Assembly (NCBI GenBank): GCA_002269645.1
Contig: NIVC01003751.1
Span: forward strand, 14,929-78,928
Source: Macrostomum lignano
Lineage: Eukaryota
Direction: 5' to 3'
DNA: 64,000 nt
The translations under genes were made by a program, and so were the position numbers. Numbering within the stretch: position 1 is the stretch's first letter; each line of letters starts with the position of its first letter. Positions 35,754-47,830 of the stretch are shown piece after piece. Under the pieces are notes generated by a model. The model worked only from the letters and a program-made list of their open reading frames with translations. It was not told the origin of the DNA and did not search any database.

Positions 35754-36408
35754 CGGTATAGGCATTAATAAGAAAATGCTGCTAGCCGCCGGCTCTGTGT
35801 ACATCGCCTACAAGCTGCGGCCCAAATTCCACATTGGCGGCGGCTACAGATACGATTCTGATGACTACGCGATCTGCCGGGGCAATTTCACTGGCCGGAA
35901 TGAACAGAATGTGACCATAAGCTACAAGTATTTCATCTGCCCAACGGACATCAATTACATTATCCGTTGGGACAATAGAAAGTACTGCTGCGGCCCTGTT
36001 GAACAGCAGTACTGCTGCGACAAAGAGGAATTCTATCTGCAGTATGGCAATCGTATTGTTGGCCTATCTGGCGCTGTGATTGCCATAATCAGCGTGCTGT
36101 CAATTCTGTTCCTATGCTGCTGCTGCGGTCTGATGCTCTACTGCAAATTCCGCAACCGGAGGCCCGGCCACCATCAGCAGCCAACGCCTGTGCCTACTGA
36201 GGATCCGGCCGGCAAAACTGCATCCGCCTATCCGATGCAGCAGGCCGCCTATCCGCCTCCGATGCAGCCGCAGGCCGCCTATCCGCCTCCGCTGCCCACT
36301 GGCGGGGTCTCCTCAGCTGAGTCAGCTCCGCCCTATCCGATCTACCAGCCGCCTGGCGGAGCTCCGCCGCCTAATCTGCCACCGCCGGCTTATCCCGGGC
36401 CGATGTGA
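35754..36408 (+). CDS. Shisa-like membrane protein, exon 3 (6-Cys ectodomain, TM, poly-Cys, Pro-rich tail)
   Basis: C..C..CC..CC pattern, TM segment, CCCC juxtamembrane, PPAY and PPYP motifs; matches Shisa-like (WBP1/VOPP1/CX/CYYR1-type) architecture. Confidence 0.85.
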
Positions 36409-36844
36409 AGTCGGCGGCTGCGATTTTCCCGCTATATTCATGGGATATTGGGACTGTAAAACCAGTGGGAATAATACAGGGAACTGACCATTTACACTGG
36501 GAATGGGTGTAGGGCAGTAGTCGGCAAACGCCAGTCCTCGGGTTCTTTGAAACTTCACAATAGCAATCCGGCCCGCTCGATGTTTATATCTCTTCTCAGC
36601 TCTCTTCTCTCTAATCTTCACTCTCTCCTCTCTTCTCTATCATTCTATCATCTCTCGTCTCCTCTCTCCTCATCTCCCTCTACCCTCTATCCTCCTCTCT
36701 CTCCTCTTCTCCACTCCTCTCTTCTCCTCTCTATGTTCTCTATCTTGTCCATTGGGGTATAACAGTTTGTTGACCCATGTTGTAGGGCAGTCGCTAGCTG
36801 TGGTAGAAATCTGATCTAGTGTTTTCAGAAGCTTGAAACCTCAT

Positions 36845-37640
36845 TAGATCAAAAACTTTATGAACTCGAAAATTCAACAGATCAAAACTTTATAAACTCG
36901 AAAATTCAACAGATCAAAACTTTATGAACTCCAAAATTCAACAGATCAAAACTTTATGAACTCGAAAATTCAACAGATCAAAAACTTTATGAACTCCAAA
37001 ATTCAACAGATCAAAACTTTATGAACTCGAAAATTCAACAGATCAAAAACTTTATGAACTCGAAAATTCAACAGATCAAAACTTTATGAACTCGAAAATT
37101 CAACAGATCAAAACTTTATGAACTCGAAAATTCAACAGATCAAAACTTTATGAACTCGAAAATTCAACAGATCAAAACTTTATGAACTCGAAAATTCAAC
37201 AGATAAAAAACTTTATGAACTCGAAAATTCAACAGATCAAAACTTTATAAACTCGAAACTTCAACAGATCAAAACTTTATGAACTCGAGAATTCAACAGA
37301 TCAAAACTTTATGAACTCGAAAATTCAACAGATCAAAACTTTATGAACTCGAAAATTCAACAGATCAAAACTTTATGAACTCGAGAATTCAACAGATCAA
37401 AACTTTATGAACTCGAAAATTCAACAGATCAAAACTTTATGAACTCGAGAATTCAACAGATCAAAACTTTATGAACTCGAAAATTCAACAGATCAAAACT
37501 TTATGAACTCGAAAATTCAACAGATCAAAACTTTATGAACTCGAAAATTCAACAGATCAAAACTTTATGAACTCGAAAATTCAACAGATCTAAACTTTAT
37601 GAACTCGAAAATTCAACAGATCTAAACTTTATGAACTCCA
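36845..37640. repeat. 32-bp minisatellite (AAAATTCAACAGATCAAAACTTTATGAACTCG), about 25 copies
   Basis: Direct periodicity. Confidence 0.95.
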
Positions 37641-39800
37641 AACTTTATTTCAGATAAAAAACTTTATATCTCCCATAAGTGCAGACGTTTAGTGATTTTT
37701 GATGATTTCACGGTAGTAGTGATCAAAAACTGCAGTAAAAGAACTTTTTTGGCTGGTTTATTTAATTATAACGTTATTTAGGCGCTCCAATGGAGCAGCA
37801 CAGGTGAACAAGCTAATGATACTCGTACTAAAGTTTTCGTTAGATAAGATAAGCTTGTCTGTCTTGACGCATGCTGGCTTAATTTGCAGTTGAATTGAGG
37901 AATCTGTGTCCAGTTGCAAGCTGACTTGCAAGTTGAAATTGTTTTATTGGTTTAAAATTTCTCTAACAGTTGAGTGCGTTGCTATGGGATCTTTTTGACT
38001 ATTTGTATGGCAATTTACCTGTTTACATTAATTTTAACTTGTTAATTTGATCTTCTCAATTGTTATAAAAATATTAACGTATTTTTAACAAAACGCTTAA
38101 GCTCGCTTTTGTAAGTTCAATCGGTCACTGTGCTAAATTCTTTCAAAAATTGAAAAAAAATGAAAATTTTTCACCCACTTTGTTTAACAGTGCGAGTTTT
38201 TGTACCAAACAATTATTGTTCAAAATAATAGCAAGCCATTAGTTTATCCAGTTATTCATTACAACAATCCAGTTATGTTATTGTGCAATGTCTAATAGTT
38301 ATGATGTTATTTATTCGATCTATAAGATACTTTGCACTTTCGCTTTTTACCTCGTTTTTATGCGTCTTAAAGCTAGCTGATCAGCACAACTATATGCCTT
38401 GTTGCAGTTAATATTCAAGTCAGTTATTATTCAGTGAATAGACTAAATAATCACTCTGTGTGATCCTGCAGCATCTCATCAAAAGATGAGCACTTTTTAA
38501 ATTGTCCAGCAACGTAAAATGTCCGTATGCAACGTGCAGCACTCTTGTTTACCTATTTTACATTGTGCCTGATAGTGCTATTCAAGATGACGTAGCCATT
38601 CGTTTAGGCTAGATATATTCAGCACTAAAAATAACCATCTTTAAGATGTAGTTGGAAATTGAGATTTATAGTATTTTTATGTAGTTATCAGGACTGGTGG
38701 GTCAGGGGGTCGGCTGACCCCCGGTAATAAACTTACATTCGCCACTGGTTATCAAAGATGACGAGAAATAATTAACTAATTAACAAAAAATTTAGTTATA
38801 GGATATATGCAGATACATGTTGTGAACTGTTGTGAAATTCATACATATGTAGCTGTATTTGTGCAGTACTATTGTGTATATCGTCGTGGTGGATCCACGG
38901 AGTGGGCAAGGAAGCCATGGCCCCCAGCCTTGTTTTTTTCACTTTTAGTAAGGCTTACGTATAGGTTTGCTTCTCCAAAATTTTTCTAAATCCGCGCCTG
39001 CATGGTATCATATCTCTACGTGCGCAATTACGTGTACGTATAAAAAGCCCAGATGAATATTGATGGATTTTAAAAACTACAGCGCAGCAGCATTACTACA
39101 TGTATGTATGCATTTATAAGAAAGAAACGTAACAGTAACAGCTAGATTTAGTGCCGCTTTAATTTTTATTACGTGTAAAGCAACAAAAAACTCAAGATGC
39201 ATGTACCTAGGACCCACAATTAGAAGTTATCGTTTGTATCAGGACGTAGAACGTTCAGATATTGCGTGTAACTTCTACTGGTCCTAGGACCTTAGTGTAC
39301 ATTCTGTATTTACATATCAAATGCACCATTGCCCAACCAACCACTAAAACGAAACTGTACTTTAAAAAATATATACTAAAACTGTTACCATGTAAAAAAT
39401 TCCATTAAAAATGTAACTATGCATCCTTAATAAAAATTCTAAATACTAAAAATTGTTTGTCCGTATGTATCTATCAATGTAATTTATTTTAAAAAATTTA
39501 AATTAAATACGTATACAATTTGTTTTAAAGAAGTCCTACGTAATAAAATAATTGCTTTTAAATTTGCATGTTGTCTTGCGATGCAAAAGATTGGTCCGGA
39601 GTGGCTGGGTTACCAAAGCAACAGCAACAACAACAACAACAACAATATTGTCTTTTGCTTCGAGGTCACTTTTTACTTTTACTTTTACTTTTACTTTAAA
39701 TAGTTTGCTATCTATCGCTGATAATAACGATGCATTGTGCAATCAAACCGAGTCATGTGATACTTTTTAGTGGAGTATCATTGACTTCCAGTGAGTAGCC

Positions 39801-39846
39801 ATGGCACAGTTTGTTTCTACGTTATTCATTTTTGTGATTCACAAGG
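39801..39846 (+). CDS. Putative signal-peptide exon of a small single-pass protein (needs a GC donor)
   Basis: ccag|tgagtagccATGG, MAQFVSTLFIFVIHK, phase 1; the only fitting donor is GCAAAT. Confidence 0.35.
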
Positions 39847-40814
39847 GCAAATTTTTTTTAAATCGCAGACTAAAATCTATTTAATTGAACTATAACAATC
39901 AAATAGCAAGGTAAAGTGATTAGTGAAATAGATTAAGGATGTAATTTTTTCTTTTATTATAGTTTAGAATTTTAACAGCAAAAACAGCAGTAAGGAGTTA
40001 AACAGTAATTAAGGAAAATCATTTTAAAAATATCTTCTATTGCCTCAATAAGAGTAAAGTGAGTGTGTTTGCTTTATTCAATGAACTCAACAAATAACAT
40101 AAAAAAAATTCCCTTAAAACGAAAATTTTTACTTTATTGAAATTTATGATAGATTTTTAATCTTTTTATGATCACTTAGAATCTTAAAATCTAAAGCTAT
40201 ACTGTGCATTTAAATTTATCTCTGCCACTTTTAAGTGTCAATATACAAAAGAATAAACTTGCTACACTATTTAAGAAAATGGTTCATTAAATATTCATTA
40301 AATATATAATTAATTATATTTTTATGGATATAAGCTTTTAAATTAATGACTTCAAAAGAACCATATTATTTAAAGACTTGTTGAGGAATAAGCCAATACA
40401 TAGATACATAAATTGAGTCTGCTACAAATTCATTTTACTCACAGATTAGTTTATTATTCACAAAGTTGGAATTAAAGCTTCAATGTCAGTATTACATTGA
40501 GATTGACCGTATAAAATGTTTGCAAATGAATTACACACGTGTATATATTTTAATTATTTATTTCGATATATTTTTATAGTGATTGCAGATTTTTAGCCGC
40601 TTTTACATTGCAGATATTAGTAGTGAGACGTACTTACTCGGAAAAGAATCTCGATTTATACTGGGAAAAAATAACTACCATTTTCGCTCCATTAGTTCTT
40701 CTGAGACAATTCGTTACAAATCTTTGAACGCTAACACTGCAGCACAATTGGCCACTTTACTTTGATCTTTACAATGTCCACACTTTACTGTCTACCCTTC
40801 CGACTCTCCAACAG

Positions 40815-41215
40815 GCCCGCTGCTGGTCCGCGCCAGGGGCGGCGTGGCCCGCTTCGGCAGCTTTGCCGCCTACAAGATGCAGACGAATTCAGACTGGCAA
40901 TACACGGCCAGCTATTATAACTACTTCAGCAGCTCAAACTCCGGTCTGTTCAGCAGCACCACAATCTTCATCGTCATGTCCTGCCTGCTAATATTCCTGG
41001 TCAGCGTGCTGGTGTTCTGCAAATGCTACGCCAGGCGGCACAGCATCCAGCAGCAGCACGCGCTCCTGCTGCAGCACCAGGAGCACAGCGGCATCACGGA
41101 GCAACAGCAGCCAGTGCAAGCGGATCCCGTTCCCATGAGCACGAGCCCCGAGCCGCCAAATTATTATTCGGCTGTTAGCGGCGGGCAATATTATATTCAA
41201 CGACGAATTGAGTAG
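40815..41215 (+). CDS. Small single-pass membrane protein with PPxY tail, last exon
   Basis: Strong acceptor (...ctctccaacag); GPLLVRARGGVARFGSFAAYKM...TM IFIVMSCLLIFLVSVLVF, CKC, Q-rich tail, PPNY. Confidence 0.7.
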
Positions 41216-43470
41216 AAAGGCTTACGGGGAAACTTACGAGACTTCCTGGAAAATACTTTAAGACTAGCTAGCTGGAGCCCAAAGAAATTATTCTGCCATT
41301 CTAGTTTTTAGGCTTCACAAAAACCATAAAAGTAATAAACTAAAATCAATGACGAATAAGCTTGGTAATGAGTAGATAAATGTATAACGACCAGTATTCA
41401 ATTTGCTTTCCGATAAAATCTATCCCTACTTTGTGAAAAAATTTCCACCTCGACATTGTAGTTTTCGCCTAAAGCAGACTGTGAGAGTTTCTAAGAAACG
41501 TATAAGTTGTCTTTTTCCAATCGACCGATTTTCCTTGATTAGATTTAACCTGCTGAATTCTTAATGAATAATTAACAAGCTTGCAGACCATTTTATTTGG
41601 ACACTAAGTAATGCTGAAGCCCCCGCACATATAACTCTGATTTACACGTTTTTAGATTAAATTTTTAGTATATGGATATTTCCTCTTGCATTATATGAGC
41701 TATACATGTACATGTAAGTATGAGTTACATAGCATCAAGGCAAGCCGGAATCTTATATGCGTGACTTCCTTCCATGAAGTGATCTTGTGGGAAGTTTGAA
41801 CTAAAGGACGCGTGTACATATACATTTGCATATTTTCTATTGCTCTGCATAATTCAAGTCCTTTTAGATCGCTTTTTCCTAAATCCTGTGTTTCAACCCC
41901 AGTCAATAAATTTGCAAATACAACAAAGCACAAAAGCAAATATGTTGTTAACCATCAGGCGAAACACGACTCTTTGCTGCAACAGCAACCATCAACCAGT
42001 TGTTGTCGGGCACCTCGACGGTTGATAACAGCAGGGCGAGAGCAGCGTCGGCGTTACAGTATAGCTAAGTACACTGAGCTGCCACTCCGGTTCGCATCGA
42101 CCCACGTACGCGTCGCCCGCAGCAGAAAGCCGTCGTCATCATGGTGGGAATTGAGCAATCTGCAACATCCAGTCAAGCAGTACGAACAGCGCTAGCGTAC
42201 TTGTGTCTCCCTTGCTGGAACACCCCCATGCACCTTGTGTTGCTCACCAGGGACTACTCAATACTCGGGACGGGAAAGGACAAAACTTGGAGGCCAATCT
42301 ATTATAATGACTAGCTTAGTCCTCGCAAAGCATTAGTTCGATAGAATTCTACCTTGTACGCTCGTATAGTCAGTGAATTTGTGTCTGTGGTAAAAACCTA
42401 TCCAATTAATAAGCCTCCAAGTTGTTTTTCGCGTCGGGTATAGTATAGTCCCTGGGTGCTCACTTGCCCAATGTCTTAGGATTAGCAATGGTGTTACATT
42501 TAGCTCGATTTTAGATGTATCTTCATGTAGCGAGTATAGATGCCAATAGCGCTGAGCCATTCCGAGGTACCTAGTTTTAAGTGATTAAGCCGGCTGAGCT
42601 TAATAGACTTTCATAAACCTCTTGATCATTGTCAGCAAAGTTTTAATTTGTGCCAAACAAGTAGCTACGTGAAGTGTAACCGTAAAAATTGACAATCGGA
42701 CAATGAATACATGTAAAAGCATAGTCTGGAAAAAACTGCATCCATTTTTTTGCTTTCCCTGGCTGACCCTTTAATTTGATTCGCAGAGCAGCAGAAACAT
42801 GTGATCTCAGGCCTAGCTGCATCCATTACACCATTTGATTTATCTGCAGATACTTACTAATCTCGAGTCTCGTGAGCCATCCTTGCTCGATGCCTCGATC
42901 TGTCATCCCTATGGGAAAATTCGAACGCTCCAGCTTATCTGTTCTGTCCCCAATCGGCTGCCGCAGCGCTGTGCATAACTAACGAGACCGGCAGGCCTCT
43001 GGGGCATAGTAAGAAATTCTATAGGATTAGCTGCAGAAGACGAGCTTGCCTGCTATTTTCAGCCAAGTCAGAGGAGCGAGGCCTCAATTGTACTAATAGC
43101 TGTATACCAGCGTAGCATCAGCAGCCTCCACACGAAGCCAACCCACAATTTGATATACTCGCTAGATTATTTTGCACAAAATGGGTGGCAAAAATCATGA
43201 CAAGCTACTTACTAAAGAAGTAAGATAGTAGAACGTATGATGCTATTTTCAACTCATGAGCATACTTTGTGAGCATAGTGAGCATAGTGAGCAACTCGTG
43301 AGCATAGAAGCACTACTATGCGGTGTGTATTTCTATGGCCAAGTGTATGCGAACAAATGCATGCTGCCTACAGCAGGAAGCACTTATAATTATAAAAATT
43401 GGACTTTCATGGCATGAAAGCTAAAATAAGCCGCTAACTTTCAAGGCATATGATTTTTTAACCATATTAA

Positions 43471-43823
43471 TATTGGTTTTGTCAGCCTAACTGAGAATAA
43501 AGCCATCCAAAGTGAGAATCCTGCCTACGCTGACTGCGAAGGGCCTGGCTGCGTGCAGCCTTAGTCTATGAGCCATAGACTATAAAGGATAAGCTAGGAT
43601 TGGCTAGTCATATGGCCCAGAAGCTCAGAAGGTATAAAAATAAAAGAATACGACGCATAGACCAATCGATTCTCTCATTGGATGGCTTTTTATCACTTTG
43701 CTTGTCCTTTATTGTCTATGGCCCATAGACTAAGGCTGCACGCAGCCAGGCCCTTCGCAGTCAGCGTAGGCAGGATTCTCACTTTGGATGGCTTTATTCT
43801 CAGTTAGGCTGACAAAACCAATA
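43471..43823. mobile_element. Fold-back/MITE with ~110-125-bp near-perfect inverted arms
   Basis: 43471-43580 is the reverse complement of 43714-43823 with one mismatch seen; imperfect pairing continues inward. Confidence 0.85.
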
Positions 43824-44711
43824 CTTGTGGAAGCAAGCAAAAGTGACACTATTTCTTGGGACACCCCTCGTATAATAGTTGCAGATATTGACGGATTTGA
43901 CATAAAAGCTGGGCTAGAAAAATATAGCTAACTATAAAGGTCAGACGATGTCACGAATAATCAACCTTAATAAAAGTGAGTTTGTGATAAGCTAACACAG
44001 GCTATAACAATTTAAAAGCCAATATTATTTGTCATTATAAATGTAAGCTCAAGCGATCGAAGAGCTAAAGTTATTGCTGATAAAGTTCAAACAGACTACT
44101 CAATTAGAAGTAGTGCTCTAGGCGTATAGCTTTGATTTTTTAATACTGCAAATGTCAGATAGCATTAGCGAGATAGAGAATTATCCGCTGTCGTTTAAAC
44201 TTTCGCATTATTTCAACTGCAGAAACAAAGCGGCCTAATTTTGCTAGGTCAAACCATAGAACCAGATACTGAAACAACTTGAGAGGTCATTCGTAAAAAA
44301 TGCATCTAGCTACTCTTTTTTAGTAGCAACATGAACGTTATTGAATTTACTAAAATTAATTGAAGTAGAAAGAAACTTTCTCGGGTCCCCGGATCCTTTG
44401 AAACTTCACAATACCAATCCTTGCTGCTCAAGGTCTCTTTTTAGCTCTCTTCTCTTCTTTATTTTCTCTCCTTTGTCTTCGTTTCTCCCCTTTCCTCTCC
44501 TCTCCAGATTCTCTGGAGATTTGCCGTTTTTACATACAAACTTTTCTTTTCACAAACTTTAATTACAAGCAGAGAATAACCCGTTATTCTTTGATTACGA
44601 AAAGTACATTTACGGTTAGCTATTCTAGTATCTGTGGGGCCAAACTAGCGCCTAAAGCTAGAAATAGTAAAGAGAAAGAAATGTGACCCATTTTTAAGAC
44701 CACTTGCGCTC

Positions 44712-45026
44712 TCACAGCGGGCCAGGATGAGGCGGCGGCGGTGCGCTGGCTGTCGGACCTGACTGACTGTCGCTGCTGGGAGGCAGCGGCAGTACAATCG
44801 GCGGCAGGGCCACCAAACTTGTGGTATCGCCGGCTCCAATACGGCGGCTGCTTGCGGCGGCCACGGCGGCGGCAAATTCCGCGTCATCGTCATCGGCACC
44901 CGGTCTATTGGCGCTGGTCTTCTTTTTCAGCTTTTTCTTATCGACGTCGTCCTTGAGGATGACAAGGCAGCAGCTGCAGACGCAGCAGCAGAGACAAATG
45001 CCGAGGATGAAGAATATCGGATCCAT
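44712..45026 (-). CDS. Small Cys-rich membrane-anchored protein, 104 aa (from the ATG at 45026)
   Basis: MDPIFFILGICLCCCVCSCCLVIL, then KDDVDKKKLKKK and a Pro-rich tail; GC-rich coding-like island in AT-rich DNA. May have an upstream exon. Confidence 0.6.
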   Translation of the reverse strand: MDPIFFILGICLCCCVCSCCLVILKDDVDKKKLKKKTSANRPGADDDDAEFAAAVAAASSRRIGAGDTTSLVALPPIVLPLPPSSDSQSGPTASAPPPPHPGPL

Positions 45027-45399
45027 AATTTCTTGCTCCACAGAGTCCACAAGCTTCTTGAGAAAAAGTCTTGGGCATGAGCTCACATTTCAGCTTCAGA
45101 AGGGTTGTAAAAATTAGGTATTTTTTGTTTCTAAATAGACATGGAAAGTAATTTGAGAGGACAGGTCTGCAGATTTTTTGTAAAGGTAAGCATTTTTGTA
45201 GTATTTAATATGGTGCTGGTTGTCTAGCTTTCGGCTTACTTCCCTTTCTCTGTGTATGTGCAGGTGCTTCTTCATGAGAAATTTCTCATCGTTAAAGCTT
45301 AATTGGGGGGTTTTATCTTTGTATAGTGTCTCGAGGTCTATACTTTTCAGTTTCTGTTGTACGTTTGTTACCCATAGGTTATTTTCGGTGGTACTTGAG

Positions 45400-46130
45400 T
45401 GAAAAATTTCAAGTATTGTTTGACAGTTTTTTGTGTCTGATTTTTAGCCAGTAGGTAAGGTAGGATTTTAATTGTGATCTGTTGAATGGGATGGGATGAG
45501 GGTTGGGATGAGCTTGAGTTCGGATGATATCAAACTGTTGCTTGCATATTTTGGTAGGTTAAGAAGGTATTTGTAGAACTTTAATTGAATGCTATCAATA
45601 GCATTTGTGTCAAAAGGGTCACAAGGGGTCCTTTAGCCAGAGGTCCCCAATGTTCACAACCATAGGTGATAGCAGGAGATACTACAAGGGCATCTCAAAT
45701 AGTTTGCGTATGAGAGTGATATCCAGGGACGTATTCTTTACTTTATAGAGCAGGGAAAACATACCTGTGTAACCCTGATTAGTCTGGTGCTTAATACATT
45801 TTTTGAAGCTGTTTCTTGGTTCAAAAATAACTCCCATGTATTTAAATTCATCAACTTTTCTTGATGGTCATAGTATAATTTGCTATCAGAATTATCGATT
45901 TTGGTCTTCTGACTGGTGCAGCCTTGCATGAATTTCGTTTTGCTTGCATTTACTTTCAAGTAGTTTTGTTTGCAGTAATTTTTCGTGCTATTAACAGTAC
46001 TATGCTTTTTCAAAAGTACCAGCTGTACCATGCATTACTCAATTTGTGTTGATTTTTTGACAGTGTGAGGTCGCCAGTCTTGTTTATCAACTATCTCGTT
46101 TGGTAAGATTTAAAGTTTTAATTTTTTAGA
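45400..46130 (-). pseudogene. Degenerate CR1/L2-like reverse transcriptase fragment
   Basis: NYLKVNASKTKFM and downstream frame-broken YG.E.W-like remnants. Confidence 0.6.
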
Positions 46131-47364
46131 CATTATATATATCAATTATTTTCCTTCTTTGTTTTTGTTTATCTACAGAAAATTATTTCGATTTAATTTG
46201 CTTTTTTTCAAATTCAAACACTAATTAAATGATTTATTCGATGCTTGGCGGGCGGCGCGCGCGCGGTGCGCGGGCGGGCCCTGCCCCTAAGTGCTGGCCA
46301 TTCTGCTAGCTGCCCATGCAAGTTCAAATGATGTATACAAATACTATAATAGGTTGGCAGACTTACGAAACTGTACTGCGTTAATTAACAATAGTTATTA
46401 ATATTAATAAGTAGATTAGGCCTACTGATTAATACTTCAATAGAATAAATTATATCTTATTGTTGTAATATTATCATTATTATAACATTAAATAATAATT
46501 AACAAGAGCCCCATTATGATAGTCTAAATGATATTATATTGTTTATATCAAATAAGCCAATTACAATTTCATCAGGTAATCTGACTAATAAAATAATGGC
46601 CTACACCTAGCTATGAAGCAGTGAAGAAAACAGTGAAATGTAATAATATGATGATAATTATACTGGACTTGTTACTATTGTAGTATTATCTAGTTTAACA
46701 TAGGCCCTAATGCTTAAAGGTCACTGAAGTAGGCCTATTAAATTCTTGATCAAACCATTATAGATCCAATAAACATGATTAAAAAGTCTAACTAAGAAAA
46801 ATATAGAAGGACCTGCTTTGGTAAACAATAGCTAAAACAGTTTTAATTTAGGCCTAGTCCTTATTTTGTCTTAGTCCTATGATAATGCCTCCTATTTTAT
46901 TGTTTCCATTAGGCCCTATTTAAAAATGATATAACTCTAATATATATTTATTAATTTTTAACTAAAGAGTCTAGGTGGTGCATGACCAAGATGGCCACAT
47001 ACTAAGATAGCCACAGCTCTGAATGGCTGCTTGGATAGGAATAGGTCTATATATTTCCTCATTTCCTATTGGCTATAATTGGGGTAGGGTATGACCTAGC
47101 TTCAAGTCTCAGAGAAGACAGGTTTCATTAGGCCTAGTGAAATTAGATTAGTAAAACAAAAAAATAGGCCCTATTTCCCTTTATAGTAGGTATTACTACC
47201 TACTAAAGCTAGTAGCACTACTAGCACAAGACATTTGATTTTTGTATCATGGATAATAGTTTCAAACCTATCAATATATTAAAACTGACATATTTGTATA
47301 TGTTAAAAGTTAAAGATGGAAGGTAAAGGTATTAATTATGATAGAAGTAAGCAAAAATTGGAGT

Positions 47365-47830
47365 GCCCTCTTGTCTCTCATCTTTTCTCTCATCTCTTAT
47401 CTTTTTTCTCTCATCTCTGCTTTCTCATCTCTAATCTTTCTCTTTTATCTCTGCCTTCTCCTATATCATTTTTCTCTCTCTCATCTCTGCCCTCTCCTCT
47501 CATCTGTTTTCTCTCATCTCTGCCCTCTCCTCTTATCTGCTTTCTTTCTCATCTCTGCCCTCTTGTCTCTTTTTTCTCTTATCTCTGCCCTCTCCTCTTT
47601 CCTCTCCCCACCTCTTTCCTCTCCTCTCTCCTCATCTCTTTCCTCTTATCTCCCTTTTCTTCTTCATTCTCTTCTCCCTTCCCTCCTCTCTCCTCTCCAT
47701 TAATCTCCTTTCTCCTCTCTTTCTGCTCATATTTAATCTCTCCTCTCATCAACTCTCTTCTCCTTTATTCCTTCGTCTCTCTTTTATCCTATGCTTATAT
47801 TTCTCTATTCCTTACCCTCTCTCCTCACCT
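47365..47830. repeat. CT-rich low-complexity tract
   Basis: Pyrimidine-rich simple sequence; similar tracts at 36590-36740 and 44440-44520. Confidence 0.8.

Noticed and set aside
41950-42195. GC-rich island with a short Cys-containing minus-strand frame
   Set aside because: No continuous ORF, start codon or donor; unsupported.
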